Part shown: in pieces, positions 62,094 through 64,000 of the stretch
Position numbering within the stretch: the first letter of the stretch is position 1
How the letters are laid out: the number at the start of each line of letters is the position of its first letter
NCBI GenBank assembly: GCA_036867785.1
Contig: CP145421.1
Span: forward strand, 806,001 to 870,000
Reading direction: 5' to 3'
DNA: 64,000 nucleotides
From: Plasmodiophora brassicae
Lineage: Eukaryota
Notes under the pieces: generated by a model
The model's input: the letters and a program-made list of their open reading frames with translations, nothing else
Databases searched by the model: none
Told to the model about the DNA's origin: nothing
Program-made: the position numbers and the translations under genes

Positions 62094-64000
62094 ATGGCGT
62101 CGTTGTCGGAGGAGCCGGCTGAGGGCGGTCCCGACGCCAAGGATGACCTGATCGTTAACGATGAGATCGACGCGGATGCGCCGGTGCCCGGCGACGAGGA
62201 CGCGCTGCCCTCCTGGGCGAGCAAGGCGTGTCGCGACCTGCACGACCGCGTCCAGCGCAGGGAGCGCGACCTGGACCGCAAGAACGCCGAAGTCAAGGAG
62301 ACCGAGGAGCGCATCACGATCATGGCCGAGCACCTGAAGAACGTCCAGACCGAGCTGGAGCGGACGCAGGAGCTCCTCGACGCCAAGGCGAAGGCCATCG
62401 AGTCCGAGGATCACATGAAACGCCTGGCCGAGCGCGAGCTGTCCCGCCTGCGCCTCGACGCCGTCAACGCCGAGAAACAGGCCATCGCCGCCAACGAGAA
62501 GATACGCGCCACCCAGAACCAGATGTTCGCCGCCAACGAGAAGCTCGAACGGTTCCGCCTCCAGCAGAACTGGAACCAAGGTCGGGCGCTACCGCACCTG
62601 CACATGGGCCTAGTCGGGAGCTGACGGCAGGGGGGTCGCAGAGGAACTTGAGCAGTGGTCGCTGGCCGTGAAGCAGAACGAAGACGACGCCGCCGCCCTG
62701 AACCGGTACCGACGTACCGACAACGCCAAGCTTCGTGCCGGTGCGATGACGATCGAACAGCTGACCAAGGCGAGTTAACAGCAGCGGTGTCGGTCGGTCG
62801 GCCGCGTTCCGCTGACGTTCTATCTCTCGGCAGGAGGCGCATGCGCTGAAACAGCAGCTGGACGTGGAGGTGACCGAGACACAGTCGGCCCAGATCGAGT
62901 TGGACAGGACGTCGCAGGACTTCCGGACGTTGCACCTGGAGCGACAGGAGATCGTCCGGCAATGGGAGGCGACGCAGCGCCAGCTGGGCAGCCGCGACAA
63001 CGAGATCTGCCAGATGGCGCTGGATGTGCAGAACCTCAAGGGGCAGATCAGCGCGAAGAAGGCGAAGGAGGACGAGATCCGCCGCATCTACGAGCAGGAG
63101 CGGGCGAACAACCAGGCGCTGGAGATGAACATCGGCGCCGCTGAGCGGAACTCGGAGAAGCTCAAGTTGCAGATGCAGGCCGAGCAGCAGCGGCTCACGA
63201 CGCTGCAATTGCAGACGGAATCGCAGCGCCGCGAGCTGGGCGAGGCCGCCAGCATGCTGCAGAAGGAGAAGCAGCAGGTGGCGAACGGGAAGCAGCTGCA
63301 GGTGGAGCGCCTGACGCAGCAGGACGAGGCGGAGAAGCGCACGGAACAGACGCGGGCGCGTCTCGACACCGAGTTCGGCAAGTGCGGCGACCTGGAGCAG
63401 CACGCGCGCCAGGTCCAGCTGCTGTTCGACGAGTCGCAGGAGCGCCAGGCGAACGACGAGAAGCTGCTGCAGACGCTGTCGGACGCGGTGATTAAGCACA
63501 ACCAGGAGCTGTTCGACGCCCGGAAGCTGGAGGCGAACACGGTCGCCGACATCAGCGGCCTGCAGGTGTCGTTGAAGAACGTGCAGAGCCAGATCGTGGA
63601 GAAGGACCAGCAATCGATCGGTCAGCAGGAGATGCTGTATGGCATCGAGTTCCAGCTGGTGCAGATGGAGCGGAAGGTGTCCCGGGCCGGCGGCAAGCGC
63701 ACGTTCAGCGAGAAGGCCGAGCTGAACGTCCAGATCGACAAGCTGAACGGCGACCTCGCCGCCGAACGCAAGCAGGAGCGCATGCTGGTTGGGCAAGTCA
63801 AGCGGATCGAGATCGACCTGGCAGCGTGCAGGAAGAAGCTGGCGGCGACGCGCAAGGAGCTCGCCCAGCTGAACGAGTCCATGAACGAGCACATGCTGGA
63901 GAACCAGACCAGTGAGGTCGAGCTCGCCAATTTCGAGGTCGGGCGCTGGAGCGAGGGGGACCCGCTATCGCTTATCTGGGCGGTGCACAGGCCGAGAAAG
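62094..64000 (+). CDS. CCDC39: Axonemal coiled-coil protein CCDC39/FAP59 (partial, runs off the window end)
   Basis: Contains MAEHLKNVQTEL, ESEDHMKRLAERELSRL, NWNQEELEQW, VTETQSAQIELDRTSQDFRTLHLERQEIVRQWE and FQLVQMERKVSRAGG. Confidence 0.9.

Noticed and set aside
62411..63892. 493-aa minus-strand ORF
   Set aside because: Antisense shadow of the GC-rich CCDC39 coding sequence, with no motifs of its own.

Overview
This is a gene-dense, GC-rich eukaryotic window with very short spliceosomal introns (mostly about 50-65 nt) and intergenic gaps often under 150 bp. The compaction, intron size and the flagellar gene CCDC39 suggest a zoosporic protist, most plausibly a phytomyxid such as Plasmodiophora brassicae (inference only). 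About 37 protein-coding genes can be reconstructed by hand-splicing. Housekeeping genes include a TBC RabGAP, THYN1/EVE, RPC5, STK32-like and Aurora kinases, PP1, inhibitor-2, COX16, NAT10, a divergent H3/H4 pair, TECR, CYRI, SDH1, an LYR protein and CCDC39. There are also many secreted or membrane proteins. I found no rRNA, tRNA, CRISPR array or transposon. The most notable items are an EB1-type CH plus NHL-propeller fusion; matching non-canonical 3' stem-loops after both histone genes; two paralogous PA-like-ectodomain 7TM proteins; a bacterial-type APH-like/AAA_33 gene carrying introns; a voltage-sensor-fused adenylyl cyclase; an RCC1 plus dynein-docking-like coiled-coil fusion; an odd CYP7/39-like P450; and two spliced genes the ORF track shows only as fragments. 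All identifications come from recalled motifs, with no database search, and exon boundaries were inferred by eye.
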